Positions 18,699 to 30,134 of a stretch of DNA of 64,000 nt are shown one piece after another (within the stretch, counting starts at the first letter, position 1; every line of letters begins with the position of its first letter). The translations under genes and the position numbers were made by a program. The notes under the pieces are model-generated. The model saw only the letters and a program-made list of their open reading frames with translations, ran no database searches and was not told where the DNA came from. This stretch comes from Acidobacteriota bacterium (lineage in GTDB: Bacteria > Acidobacteriota > UBA6911 > RPQK01 > JAJDTT01): positions 640,001-704,000 of the forward strand of contig OZ253580.1 in assembly GCA_965263035.1 (NCBI GenBank). Reading direction: 5' to 3'.

Positions 18699-19484
18699 AT
18701 GCTGAAGTTTCCCGTTGATTCGCAACTAACTCAGTCCGCGGTGAAGGCCGGGCTTCGATACGGTAACAAAAGCACTCACACCAGTCGGACGATGATGCTG
18801 GCCGAACTGAGCGAGCTTCTGGCGACCGTTCCCCCCGATGCTGAACGCGCTGACTACGCGGCGGCCATTATCGACGAGAACGTCCTCGGCAAGGCAACGG
18901 CAGCGACGCGACGTCTGACGAACCAGCGATTGGGTGAGCTTTTTGCGCTCGACTCGCGCGTCCCCATTTTTCGGGTTCTGCGCAAACTCTGGCCGGTGGA
19001 CGCGGCCGGGCGGCCCCTGCTATCAATGCTGTGCGCTCTGGCACGCGATCCGCTGCTGCGTTCGACGGCCGCGTTGGTGCTCGAGTTGCCGGTGGGCGCC
19101 GAACTGATTCGGGCGCGCCTGGTCGACACCATCCGTCAGGCTGTAGGACAGCGCCTCAATGACGCCGTGGTTGACAAGGTGGCCAGAAACAGCGCGAGTT
19201 CCTGGGCCCAGGCCGGCCATCTTGTCGGTCGCGTTCGTAAGACTCGCAGACGAGTGGCCCCGACGCCCGGAACCCTGGCAATGGCATTCTGGCTGGGTAT
19301 GGTCGAGGGACTCGCCGGCAGAGCCCTGCTCGACAGCCGGTGGGCGCAAGTGCTCGATCGAAGTGGAGTGGCGCTGATACCGGTCGCTTTGCGGGCGAAG
19401 CAACTGGGCCTTATTCACGTGCGAACCGGAGGCGACGTCGTCGAGATTGACGCGCGATGGCTGGATCCGGCGATGGAGGTCTGA
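18699..19484 (+). CDS. BrxA-like protein (first gene of the BREX operon)
   Basis: 261 aa helical protein (HTSRTMMLAEL, ENVLGK, ARDPLLR, VARNSASSWAQAGHL); call rests mainly on position before brxB-brxC. Confidence 0.65.
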   Translation: MLKFPVDSQLTQSAVKAGLRYGNKSTHTSRTMMLAELSELLATVPPDAERADYAAAIIDENVLGKATAATRRLTNQRLGELFALDSRVPIFRVLRKLWPVDAAGRPLLSMLCALARDPLLRSTAALVLELPVGAELIRARLVDTIRQAVGQRLNDAVVDKVARNSASSWAQAGHLVGRVRKTRRRVAPTPGTLAMAFWLGMVEGLAGRALLDSRWAQVLDRSGVALIPVALRAKQLGLIHVRTGGDVVEIDARWLDPAMEV

Positions 19485-19486
19485 AG

Positions 19487-20044
19487 ATGGGCAAGATCGA
19501 GGATCTGGCGGCAGTCTACGAGCAGCATGTGAGCGTACCCTGGCAGCGAACCTTGGCGGGCGCGCAACGGGTGATGTTGGTAGTCTACGAAAAGGAATCG
19601 GAGCGGACCATGCGAGCGCGCATCGGGGAGTTCAAACAGGCGACCGAGCGTAGCGGGCACCGTTGGACGCTGGTCGATTGCACACGCTGGTTCACCCAGT
19701 GGCTGGCCGGGGACGAGTACCGGGAAGCTTGGTTTGAAAATCCGGGACTCTTGGGAATGAAAATCGAAGGGGAGTTCCGCGGTCAAGCGGTGCGTAGGCT
19801 AGCGGCGGAGTTGGAGAACGCCGGCGAAGACACCGTGGTGGCGCTCCTGGGGGTAGGTTCACTCTATGGCTTTCTGCGCGTCTCCGATCTGATCCGCTCC
19901 GTGGAGCAATCGATCCGGGGCCGGCTCGTCGTCTTTTTCCCCGGCACCAAGAACGACAACAACTACCGGTTGCTCGACGCACGTGACGGCTGGAGCTATC
20001 TGGCGCAGGGCATCACACTCCACGGCGGAGGTCTGATCCCGTGA
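19487..20044 (+). CDS. brxB: BREX protein BrxB (DUF1788)
   Basis: VGSLYGFLRVSDLI...GRLVVFFPG...NNYRLLDARDGWSYLA; coupled to brxC. Confidence 0.8.
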   Translation: MGKIEDLAAVYEQHVSVPWQRTLAGAQRVMLVVYEKESERTMRARIGEFKQATERSGHRWTLVDCTRWFTQWLAGDEYREAWFENPGLLGMKIEGEFRGQAVRRLAAELENAGEDTVVALLGVGSLYGFLRVSDLIRSVEQSIRGRLVVFFPGTKNDNNYRLLDARDGWSYLAQGITLHGGGLIP

Positions 20045-23000
20045 AGATCCATGAGGTACTCGATCGCGATCCCCGCACGGCACGTCTCGCCAACAACGGC
20101 CAAGCGCGGATCACGGAGACGGCGGACGAACAGGAAATGGCCGAATTACGCGCCGAGCTTGAAACCTTTGTCTGCGACGGACAGTTTGGCGATGCTCTCC
20201 AGCGGATACTGGACAGCTACCTTTCCAACATCGGGAATCCCCGCCAGGACTCGGCCTGGGTCAGTGGCTTCTTTGGTAGCGGCAAGTCCCACCTGCTCAA
20301 GATGCTGACCCATTTGTGGGTGAACACACGGTTTCCCGACGGCGCCCGAGCCCGCGCCCTGGTGCGCCGAGGACTTCCGGACGAGATCCAGGCGCAGCTT
20401 CGCGAACTCGACATCCAGGCACGCCGCACCGGCAAGGCTCCAGTGGCCGCGGCCGGCACGCTCTTGGGAGGCAGTATCGACCACGTGAGGAGCACGGTGC
20501 TCTCGATACTGTTGCGCGCCCGCGGCTGGCCCGCACAGTACCCTCAGGCCCAGTTCTGCTTCTGGCTACGGGAACAGGGTCTCCTGGAAACCGTCCGCGG
20601 CGCGGTCGAAGCGGCAGACAAGGTTTGGCTCAGCGAGTTGAACAATCTGTATGTCAGCCCGGTGATCGCTCGCGCTTTGATCGACGCCGACCCGGGCTTC
20701 GCGGCCGACCTCCAGAGCGCTCGCCAAGTGCTGATTCATCAGTTCCCCCAGCTCACCACTGATATCAGCACCGAGCAGTTCATCGAATCGGCTACAAAGG
20801 CGCTCGCCGATGATGGGTCGCTGCCGTTGACCGTCCTGGTTCTGGACGAGGTCCAGCAGTACATCAACGAGGTGCAGGACCGATCGGCCGCCATCACCGA
20901 GGTCGCCGAGGCGGTCCAGACGGAGTTCGACAGTCGCGTCATGCTGGTCGGGGCCGGCCAGTCGGCCCTTTCCGCCGACACGCACGCCCTGATGTGGTTG
21001 CGCGACCGTTTCCGGATCGCGGTGGAGTTGAGCGACTCGGACGTCACGGCGGTGACCCGCAAGGTGCTGCTGCACAAGAAGCCGAGCGCCGTCCAGGAGG
21101 TCGAGCGGATGTTCGAGGCGCACTCCGGCGAGGTGGCGCGCCATCTCCAGGGTACCCGTCTCGGGTCACGGACCGAAGACCGCAGGATCGCACCCTCGAC
21201 TACCCGCTGCTCTGTTCCAGGCGCCGCTTCTGGGAGGCCTGCTTCCAGGCGGTCGACACGGCCGGGAGCCAGAGCCAACTCCGCTCGCAACTCCGTATCC
21301 TTCACGACTCGCTCCACCGAGTCGCCGAACGGCCCCTCGGCGGCACCATCCCGGCAAGCGATCTCTTCGACGCGCTGGCGCCGAGTCTGGTTAACACCAG
21401 CGTGCTCCTGAACGAGATCAACACCCGCATCCGGAAACTCGACGACGGCACGGAGGAAGGCCGCCTCCGGTGTGATCTGTGCGGGCTCGTCTTCCTGATC
21501 GGCAAGCTCCCGCGCGAGGCGCTGGTGGACGCTGGGGTGCGGGCGAACGCCGTCACGCTGGCCGACCTGCTGGTTGTCGACGTGACCGCCGACTCCGGTC
21601 CATTCCGCAAGAGGGTGGCCGATACCCTGGACGGCCTGGCCCGCGAAGCCATCATCATGCGCGTGGGGGACGAATTCCGCCTCCAGACCACCGAGGGCGC
21701 CGAATGGGACGGGGAGTTTCGCGCGCGGCAGGCCGCGCTAAGACAGACCGAGGTCGAAATCGCGTCCCGCCGCGATCAGCATTTCGGCGCTGCGGTCCAG
21801 GAGATCCTGAACGGAATCAGACTCATCCACGGGAAACCCAAACTCCGGCGTACACTCTCGCTGCACGTCGGCAGCGACCTTCCCGGACCGGGAGGCGACA
21901 AAGTCGCCGTGTGGCTGCGCGACGGCTGGTCGGCGCGCCCATGGGATATGGAAAGCGAAGCTCGGCGGCTGGGGACCGAGGATCCGATCCTCCATGTCCA
22001 TCTGCCCAAGAAGAACGCCGATCTGCTTAAGGATCGGATCATCGACATCGAGGCCGCCCGCCAAGTCCTCGACCACTATGGGACACCGACGTCCTCCGAG
22101 GGCAAGGAGGCGCGTGAGAGCATAAAGAGCCGGCAAGCACTTGCCGAGCATGAGCGGGACGACATTATCGGCGAGATCATCCGCTCCGCGACAGTCCTCC
22201 AAGGGGGTGGCAGCGAGATCTTCGGGACGGACCTCTCGGAGAAGCTGACTACCGGCGCCAAGGCGTCCCTTGCGCGCCTCTTTCACCGGTTCGGCGACAG
22301 CGATCACAAGGCATGGGAAGCCGCCCTGCACCGCGCCAGGGACGGTTCGGACCAGCCGCTTAAGGTGGTCGGTTGGGATGGCGCTACCGATGCCCACCCT
22401 GTGGCCAAGGAAGTGCTCAGCGTCATCGGCACGGGCGCGCGCGGCACGGCGATCCACAAGAAGCTCAAAGTGGCTCCTTATGGCTGGCCCCAAGACGCCA
22501 TCGATGCGGTGCTGATCGCGCTTCACCGCGCCGGATACCTGCGCGTCACTCGAAACGGGCAGCCCGTACCCACGGGTGGGCTCGACCAAGCCGGGATAAA
22601 GGGGGCGGAGTTCCGCCCAGAGAAAGTCCGCCTGACGACGAGCCAACGGATCGCCCTTCGCGGCCTATTCGCTAAGCTCGACGTGACGACAAGACCGGGG
22701 AAGAGGAGATCCGCGCGCCCGAGTTCCTCGATGCCCTCGCCGATCTCGGAGGCCGCGCGGGCGGCCCGGCTCCGCTTCCAGCCGTACCGGACACCACGTT
22801 CGTCGATGACCTGAAGCTTCTGGCCGGCAGCGAGCAGCTCGCCGCCATTCACACCAGCAAGGATCATCTGGAGCAACAGATAGAGGTCTGGACCGAGCTG
22901 GAGAGAAGGGCTCGCCGCCGCAACCCAACTTGGAACCTCGCGACCGCACTTCGCCGCCACGCCGACGGACTTCCGGTGGCCGCTGAAATCGGACCGGATC

Positions 23001-23509
23001 TCGACGCCATCCATGCACAACGTTCGCTGCTGGCCGAGACCGACCAGGTCCGGCCGCTTGTAGCGACCCTTGCAGGCGCATTGCGCGATGCCCTAAGTGG
23101 GATGCACTTAAAGCTGACCGGGAAGATCAAGACCGCTGGAGCCACGCTGGTCAGCGACGCCAGTTGGTCGGCGTTGGACGCCCGTGATCAACAGGAGATC
23201 CGCCGTCGAACCGGCCTCGAAGCGCCGGCGGCTCCCGCCATGGCGACGGACGACGATTTGAGAAGGACACTCGACGCCCGCCCGCTCGACGCTTGGCGCG
23301 CCGAGATCGACGCCGTGACTGCACGGATCGACCGGGCAATGGAGGAGGCCGCCAAGCGGCTGCAGGAGATTAAGCCGGACCTTCGCACGACGACGGTCAA
23401 GGTTCGCCGGGGAACCCTGGCCGATGAGATGGCGGTGCGGAATTGGTTGCAGGAGCAGGAGGAGAAACTGGTCGAAGCAGTAAAGAACGGACCTGTGATC
23501 GTACGTTGA
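20041..23509 (+). pseudogene. brxC: BREX P-loop ATPase BrxC, split by two -1 frameshifts (~21190, ~22697)
   Basis: WVSGFFGSGKSH, LDEVQQY, DYPLL..RRRFWE, APYGWPQDAIDAVL; three track ORFs join to ~1156 aa if one base is added at each junction; second break is in a GGGG run, so sequencing error is possible. Confidence 0.85.
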
Positions 23510-23539
23510 TTGCGATGCATGGACACAAGGAACGGCAAC

Positions 23540-23890
23540 ATGCTCGGCACGCTCAAACTGGACAATTTTCGCGGATTCGACGCGTACGAATTGACTGATC
23601 TGACACGCGTCAATCTGCTCGTCGGCAAGAACAACTGTGGTAAGACGTCGATTCTCGAAGCGATACATCTTCTCGTTTCGGGCGGCGATCCCCTCGTCCT
23701 TGTGCGGATGGCGAATCGGCAGGGTGAAGTGAGTGACACGGACGCTGCGTCCGGACGAGGATGGGAACCCGACATCTCCCACTTCTTCTCCGGTCATCGT
23801 GTGACGCCGGGCATGGGTTTTCGTCTTTCTTCAGGTGACGGGAACGGAACGTACGGACAAGTGTCCGTCATGGTTGAACATGCCGCCCTT
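23540..23890 (+). pseudogene. N-terminal fragment of an AAA_15/AAA_21-type ATPase
   Basis: LKLDNFRGF...RVNLLVGKNNCGKTSILEAI Walker A; no Walker B follows and the frame runs into unrelated relic sequence. Confidence 0.65.
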
Positions 23891-24594
23891 GAAGACCCGG
23901 TCCAACGTGACCTTGGTCAAAAATATGCTGCAACGCTTGGCAACACCGCATCCGACTATGCAAGCGATCAACGCGCTCCGTTCATGAATCCTGCGCGTGC
24001 TGACGCTCTTCAATCTCGATGCGGAAGCTGGGTCGGCAGAATACTCACGCAATACGAGCCTTCTTTGGCCTCTAAGACTATAGTCGACGTGAAACGAGGG
24101 AGCTTGAACGCCGCCAAGAGGCTGATGGATTGGGCTCGCGCATCTCCCGTCTCCGGTTTTCCGGACGGTCAAAAGAAGGAGGGATATGAAGTCCCTCATC
24201 GAGACATGAAGCCCGTTGTTGAGTCGACGACCGCGCCCTTGGTGGCGACAGACAACGACCTGAGACGGCCGCTCCCGATTCGACGGGGTTGGTGTTGTGA
24301 AAGCTGAGCGTGCTGATTGGGCAGAACGGATCCGACAAGTCGAGAGCGCCGCTGGCATGGCCGTGTATTCTTCCAGGCCGTGGCGTGTGCCGGTGATTCG
24401 CTGACCACACTTTCGCCAGAGGTCAAACAACGGCGAAGCACATGGATGATGCAAGAGACGGAAACGAGAAACCCCGTCGCGATCTCGGTACGGGATCAAA
24501 TAGGACTGGACGCCAGAACGTTGATGCCCATTATTTAGTTTAGTGGAAATTCTGTCGCGCACAACCGCACCCAATAAGAATCAGGAGCAATTTC

Positions 24595-26367
24595 GTGGAC
24601 CACGGTTGGTTTGAAATGCGCGCGGTTCGCCGCCGTAAACTCGCAAATGCAGTGTGGATACCATTAAGAGCTATCCACCGCATCGAAGAAATCGGACGTA
24701 AAGGACACGCTGGATACAGGACGGAGTTTTATGGCGTTGGAACTTTGGCCGTTCCTACAAAATACAGGCGAGATGCCGAGAAGCTAGGATGGAGCGAGAT
24801 CGGGATAAGGTACCAGCATTCCGGATGTGTCGACAACGGCAAGTATCTTCCCGCAGACACATATAACGATTATCGTAGCGAGCTGTCCGGCATACATTTG
24901 GTACTGCATCAAGTTTTCAATAGTGTAGATCCTTCGGAATGGCATCTACATCAGGACTTGGTTATTACGCTCGGGCTGAAGCGAGAAGGCGATGTCTGGG
25001 TTCGTCCAGATGAAGGTTACGATTCGATTGCCCGGCTCTCCAAGGGAGAAGACGGCACCCCCTATCTTCTCGAAATACGTTCATCACACTTGAGAGATTA
25101 TCTCTCCGCCCGCGGGATGGGCCTGTATGTCACGTCCTATCGTGAACGAGTCGAGATACGTGAAGAGGTCGGGCAAACAGCATGGGCGGAGAAGCAGGCC
25201 GATGAAGTTAGCAGTAACGATCGTTGGCAGGGTCGTATCCTGACAATACATGAAGGTGGCATGCCTTATGGTGAAAAAACAGCCGTTATCCATGTCGCCA
25301 GAACCGATGTGGATCCAAAAGAAGATGTTCCGGTTATTTGCGGGCCACCGACGAACGATAAAGTAACCTCGCAGTCATGGACCGTAGAACACACTGGGGC
25401 AAAGCTGTATCGGGTCACCGGAGAATTGTGGCGTACTGAGTGGATCGAACCTTTGTCTCGCAGTCCGATTGTTCGCGGTGATGACGTATCACCGACGGTC
25501 TTCTTCATCACCGATGCAGAAGGGAAGCGAGAGAACAGAGAAACATTGGTTGAAGGAGGGCGATGGCTTTGGTTTCGTCCCGAGGTAATGACCGCGCTTG
25601 CACATCGGAGAGGAGGCTCGCTCAATTGGTACACAAAGGATACGGGAGGAGTAGGCTGCTCGCCGGACAGCACCGTGCACTTTGGGGTCAACTCTCTTGG
25701 TTTGATTAACGTCTATGCAAAAGATATAGCGATTTTACCCGAGTGGGAGCAGAAAATCTGGGCTGGCTACAACATAAGCCCCGAAGGCAAAGTTTCTAAT
25801 GAGTTACTCGCATCGCAAGTCAAAGCCGATCCAGCGAACACACAAGCACCAGAAAATTTTTTGGACAAGAGTTTATCCAGGTTAAATGACCTTGCAAACG
25901 AAAAACTCGGAATCGATCTGATCAGACCGCACAAACAGATTCCACACCTGATTACACGTGCCCATCGTTTTCGAGCTACGGACCAAGACGGGCTATTTGC
26001 ATTGGGGAAAGATCTGACCCGGCTAACAGCCGATAGCCTTGATACCGCTGAACTCAAGAAACTAGTAGTCCCTCCTGAGGGTAAGAAATGGGGCTCCCTC
26101 AAGTTGTTGCAGAATCTTCTAGCGACCAAGATTCCCCCGGAGTCTGCCCAAAGAATTCTGAGTCCACTATTTTGGATATACGAACTCCGGCTTGCAGATG
26201 CACATCTTCCCAAGCAGAGGCTTGGCGATGTCTTGAGTTCATTGGGAGTGGATCAAGACGCACCCTACGTTATCCAGGGCTATCAGCTATTACACGCTTG
26301 TATCAGCAGCATTTATAGCATTTGTCAAGTTATTGAGAACTGGTGTGACGAAGAAATTGAGTCGTAG
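24595..26367 (+). CDS. Hypothetical 590-aa protein with C-terminal HEPN-like Rx4H motif
   Basis: Intact ORF with AGGAG RBS, visibly more AT-rich than flanks; helical C-terminus with YELRLADAHLP. Confidence 0.7.
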   Translation: MDHGWFEMRAVRRRKLANAVWIPLRAIHRIEEIGRKGHAGYRTEFYGVGTLAVPTKYRRDAEKLGWSEIGIRYQHSGCVDNGKYLPADTYNDYRSELSGIHLVLHQVFNSVDPSEWHLHQDLVITLGLKREGDVWVRPDEGYDSIARLSKGEDGTPYLLEIRSSHLRDYLSARGMGLYVTSYRERVEIREEVGQTAWAEKQADEVSSNDRWQGRILTIHEGGMPYGEKTAVIHVARTDVDPKEDVPVICGPPTNDKVTSQSWTVEHTGAKLYRVTGELWRTEWIEPLSRSPIVRGDDVSPTVFFITDAEGKRENRETLVEGGRWLWFRPEVMTALAHRRGGSLNWYTKDTGGVGCSPDSTVHFGVNSLGLINVYAKDIAILPEWEQKIWAGYNISPEGKVSNELLASQVKADPANTQAPENFLDKSLSRLNDLANEKLGIDLIRPHKQIPHLITRAHRFRATDQDGLFALGKDLTRLTADSLDTAELKKLVVPPEGKKWGSLKLLQNLLATKIPPESAQRILSPLFWIYELRLADAHLPKQRLGDVLSSLGVDQDAPYVIQGYQLLHACISSIYSICQVIENWCDEEIES

Positions 26368-26400
26368 GGGTTTTTCCGGTCGCCGTTTGCGTAAGTCAGT

Positions 26401-29400
26401 ATGTTGATGAACACAATGTCACCAAGTCTACGAAAGCAACTCGAGCGGACTGTCGTTGACGCCCGCGAGGTTGCGGAGACCGGCGCTCGTGCGGCGCTGG
26501 AGGCGCTCGCCGTGCACCAGCACAAACCCTACAAACCCATGGCACCTAAGCAGCGCGGCCTGCGCCGACGACTACGCGCTCATGGCCGGCAGCTTGGCGA
26601 CCGGCGCGACGGGCGTGGAACCCAGACCATCGACCGCTTGGCGCATGAATGCGCGTATGAGCACTGGCACCGGATGTTGTTCGCGCGCTTCCTGGCGGAG
26701 AACCAGCTTCTGATCGAGCCGGATTCGGGCGTTGCCATTTCGCTGGACGAGTGCGAGGAGTTGGCACGCGAGCGGGCACAAGATCGCTGGACCCTAGCTG
26801 GTCGCTTTGCCGAACGGATGTTGCCGCGTATCTTTCGGCCCGACGCCCCCGCTCTTGAGGTCAGGCTTGCTCCGGAGATCCGACAAGCACTGGAGCGGCT
26901 GGTTGACTCGCTGCCGGTCGAGGTGTTTGCGGCGACGGATTCTCTCGGTTGGGTCTACCAGTTCTGGCAGTCCGAGAAGAAGAAAGAGGTGAACCGCTCC
27001 GAGGTCAAGATTGGGACGGACGAACTGCCTGCCGTGACGCAACTGTTCACCGAGCCGTACATGGTGAGTTTCCTGCTCGACAACGGCCTCGGAGCCTGGT
27101 GGGCGGCCCGCCGTCTCAACGATGCCGACCTGGAGAAAGCCGGATCCGAAGCCGAATTGCGCCGAAAAGCTGCGGTCCCCGGGGCGCCACTCGATTACCT
27201 GCGCCTAGCGCGACACGAAGACACCACAGGAACGACAAGGTGGCGACTCGCCCCCGGCAACTTCGACGGCTGGCCGGAGCATCTTGGGGAGCTGAAGATC
27301 CTGGACCCCTGTTGCGGTTCAGGGCATTTCATGGTCGTCGCCTTCTCGATGTTGGTTCCCATGCGCATGGCGCGGGAGCATCTCACGGCTCCCACCGCTG
27401 TAGATGCGGTATTGCGAGAGAACCTGCACGGCCTGGAGTTGGACCCGCGTTGCGTCGAGCTGGCCGCGTTCGCACTCGCTCTCGCCGCATGGACCTATCC
27501 CGGCGCCGGAGGGTATCGGCCACTGCCGGAGCTGAACCTCGCCTGCTCGGGTCTGACGCCCAACGCGACGAAGGAACAGTGGCTGGCGTTGGCGGAGCCG
27601 GCCGCGGCCGCCGGCGGGATGCCGACGGAGCGGAACCTGTTCGCCGTGCGGGATTCGCTGCTCTCCGCACCGCTCCGTAACAGCTTGGCCGCGCTCTACG
27701 ATCTTTTCTCGCAGGCCCCAGAACTAGGTTCCCTTATCGGGCCGCATGCTCTGAAGGCCAATCTCTTCCAGGGTGATTTCGAGTTGGTTCGGGGCCTGTT
27801 GGCAGCCACGCTGGAACAAGAGCGAACGACCGAGGAGCAGGCCGAGCGCGCCGTGGCTGCTCAGGGGATGGCGCGCGCAGCGGAATTGCTGGCGGGTCGT
27901 TACCACTGGGTGATCACGAACGTTCCCTACCTCACTCGCGGCAAGCAGGACGAAAAGCTGCGCACCTTCTGCGCGCAGCACTACCCCGCCTCCAAGAACG
28001 ATCTGGCCACGGTGTTCCTCGAGCGCTGCTTGGAGCTGTGCACGGAAGGCGGAACTGCCAGCCTCGTGCTGCCGCAGAACTGGCTGTTTTTGACCAGTTA
28101 CCGGAAGTTGAGGGAAAAACTGCTAAAGACGGAGATTTGGCATTTGCTCGCTCGGCTGGGTCCAGGTGCTTTCGAGACCATCAGCGGTGAGGTCGTCAAG
28201 GTGATCCTGCTCACCCTGATCCGCGGCCATCCCGCCGGCCACCCGATCGGTTTGTCAGACGAAACAAAGGCGTCCGGAATAATGTACGGCCTGGATGTTT
28301 CCGAATCCCGCACCGCTGGCGAGAAAGCTGCGCGGTTGCGGGTGGCGGAAATCCAAAGAGTTGAACAGGCCAGACAATTGAATAATCCGGATGCGCGGAT
28401 GGCATTGGAAGAGATCCCCACCGAAGCAAGATTGGATAACTATTGCGCAAGCATTGAAGGCCTGACAACCGGGGATATGGAGAGATTTGTCAGTAAATTT
28501 TGGGAGGGAGCACTTTCAAGAGGTTGGGACCCATACATTCAAAACGTAGATTACAATACACATTTCGGAGGCCGTACCGATCGTATTCTGTGGGAAAAAG
28601 GAGACGGTGTATTGTCCCGATTTCCGACCGCACATAATTTTCCCGGAGAAATCATGAATGGAAAGAGGATTCTGGGAAAATCCGGACTACGCGTTACCCA
28701 AATGAGAAAACTCCCTGTAACAATTTATACGGGTGAGGTATTTGGGAAGAGCGGAGCAACAGTAGTACCGGACGATTTGAAACATCTTCCTGCCATATAC
28801 TGCTTCTGCTCCTCCCCAGATTACAACCAGTTGGTGCGGCAAATCGACCAGAAACTCAACGTCACGAACGCCACGCTGGTCAAGGTCCCCTTCGACCTCG
28901 ACCGCTGGACCAGAATCGCACGAGAGAGATACCCCAACGGCCTCCCCTGCCCCTACTCCGATGATCCCACCCAATGGATCTTCCACGGCCACCCCTGCGG
29001 GTCTGTGGTCTGGGACGAGACGGAGAAACGAACCGAGCAGGGTCCGATTCGCACAGACTCAACAGTGTTGCAGATCGCCGTCGCCCGGCTGCTAGGAGGC
29101 TGTCCGAGAACTCGAAAAATCATAGTTTTTGAAAACTTAACCCTTTATAAATCAATAGTTTACAAACAAGACTTTTTTAAAATAGTCTATTCTCGGACAG
29201 CCTCCTAGGCTACCGCTGGCCCGCAGAGCAGGATGTCGATATGGAGTTGGCCACAGAGCAACGCGAATGGGTCCGGAGCTGCGACGCTTTGCCTGCCTGC
29301 GCGGACAAGGATGGCATCGTCTGCGTCCCATCGGTGCGAGGCGAGCCACCGGCCTGGGAACGGCTGCTCCGATTGCTGTCAACCTCCTACGGAGATTCAT

Positions 29401-30134
29401 GGAACGACGCTGTGCTCGGCAAACTGCTTTCCGGAGCAGGCAGTCCAAATCTTGATGAGTGGCTGCACGACCGTTTCTTCGACCAACATTGCAAACTGTT
29501 CCGCCAGCGCCCCTTCATCTGGCACGTCTGGGACGGCCGGCGGCGTGACGGCTTCCATGCACTGGTCAACTCCCACAAGTTGGCCAAGAGCGGCGGCAAA
29601 GGCCGCCGATGCCTGGAATCCCTCACCTACAGCTATCTCGGCGACTGGATCAACCGGCAGCAGGACAGCGTGAAACACGGCGAAGGCGGCGCGGAAGGCC
29701 GGCTGGACGCGGCACTGGAACTGCAAAAGCGGCTCGTTGCCATTCTTGACGGCGAGCCGCCCTTCGACATCTTCGTCCGCTGGAAATCCATCGACCAACA
29801 GCCCATCGGCTGGGAGCCGGACATAAACGACGGCGTGCGGCTCAACATCCGCCCATTTATGGCCGAAGACATCCCCGGCGGGAGGAAGGGCGCCGGCATC
29901 CTGCGCACCAAGCCGAACATCCACTGGCGAAAGGATCGCGGAAAAGAACCCTACCGTGAGAAGGAGTATTTCCCCTGGTTCTGGAATTGTCCCGGCAACG
30001 GCACACGCGCCGAGCGAGTCGACTTCAGAGGTCGCCGTGACTTCGACGGCAATCGCTGGAATGACCTGCACTACACGAACGCCGCCAAGACAGCCGCGCG
30101 GTCGCGAAGGGCGGCCGAGGCCGCGACCTCGTGA
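26401..30134 (+). pseudogene. pglX: BREX adenine methyltransferase PglX/BrxX interrupted by a MITE
   Basis: TQLFTEPYMV, DPCCGSGHF (SAM), TNVPY (motif IV); removing 29096-29208 restores ARLLGYRWPAEQDVDMEL... and one 1206-aa ORF including RPFIWHVWDG and DINDGVRLNIRP. Confidence 0.9.
29096..29204. mobile_element. 109-bp MITE (type A, copy 2) with CTAG target duplication
   Basis: TIR GAGGCTGTCCGAGAA / TTCTCGGACAGCCTC; CTAG 29092-29095 and 29205-29208; first 27 nt identical to copy 1. Confidence 0.92.
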
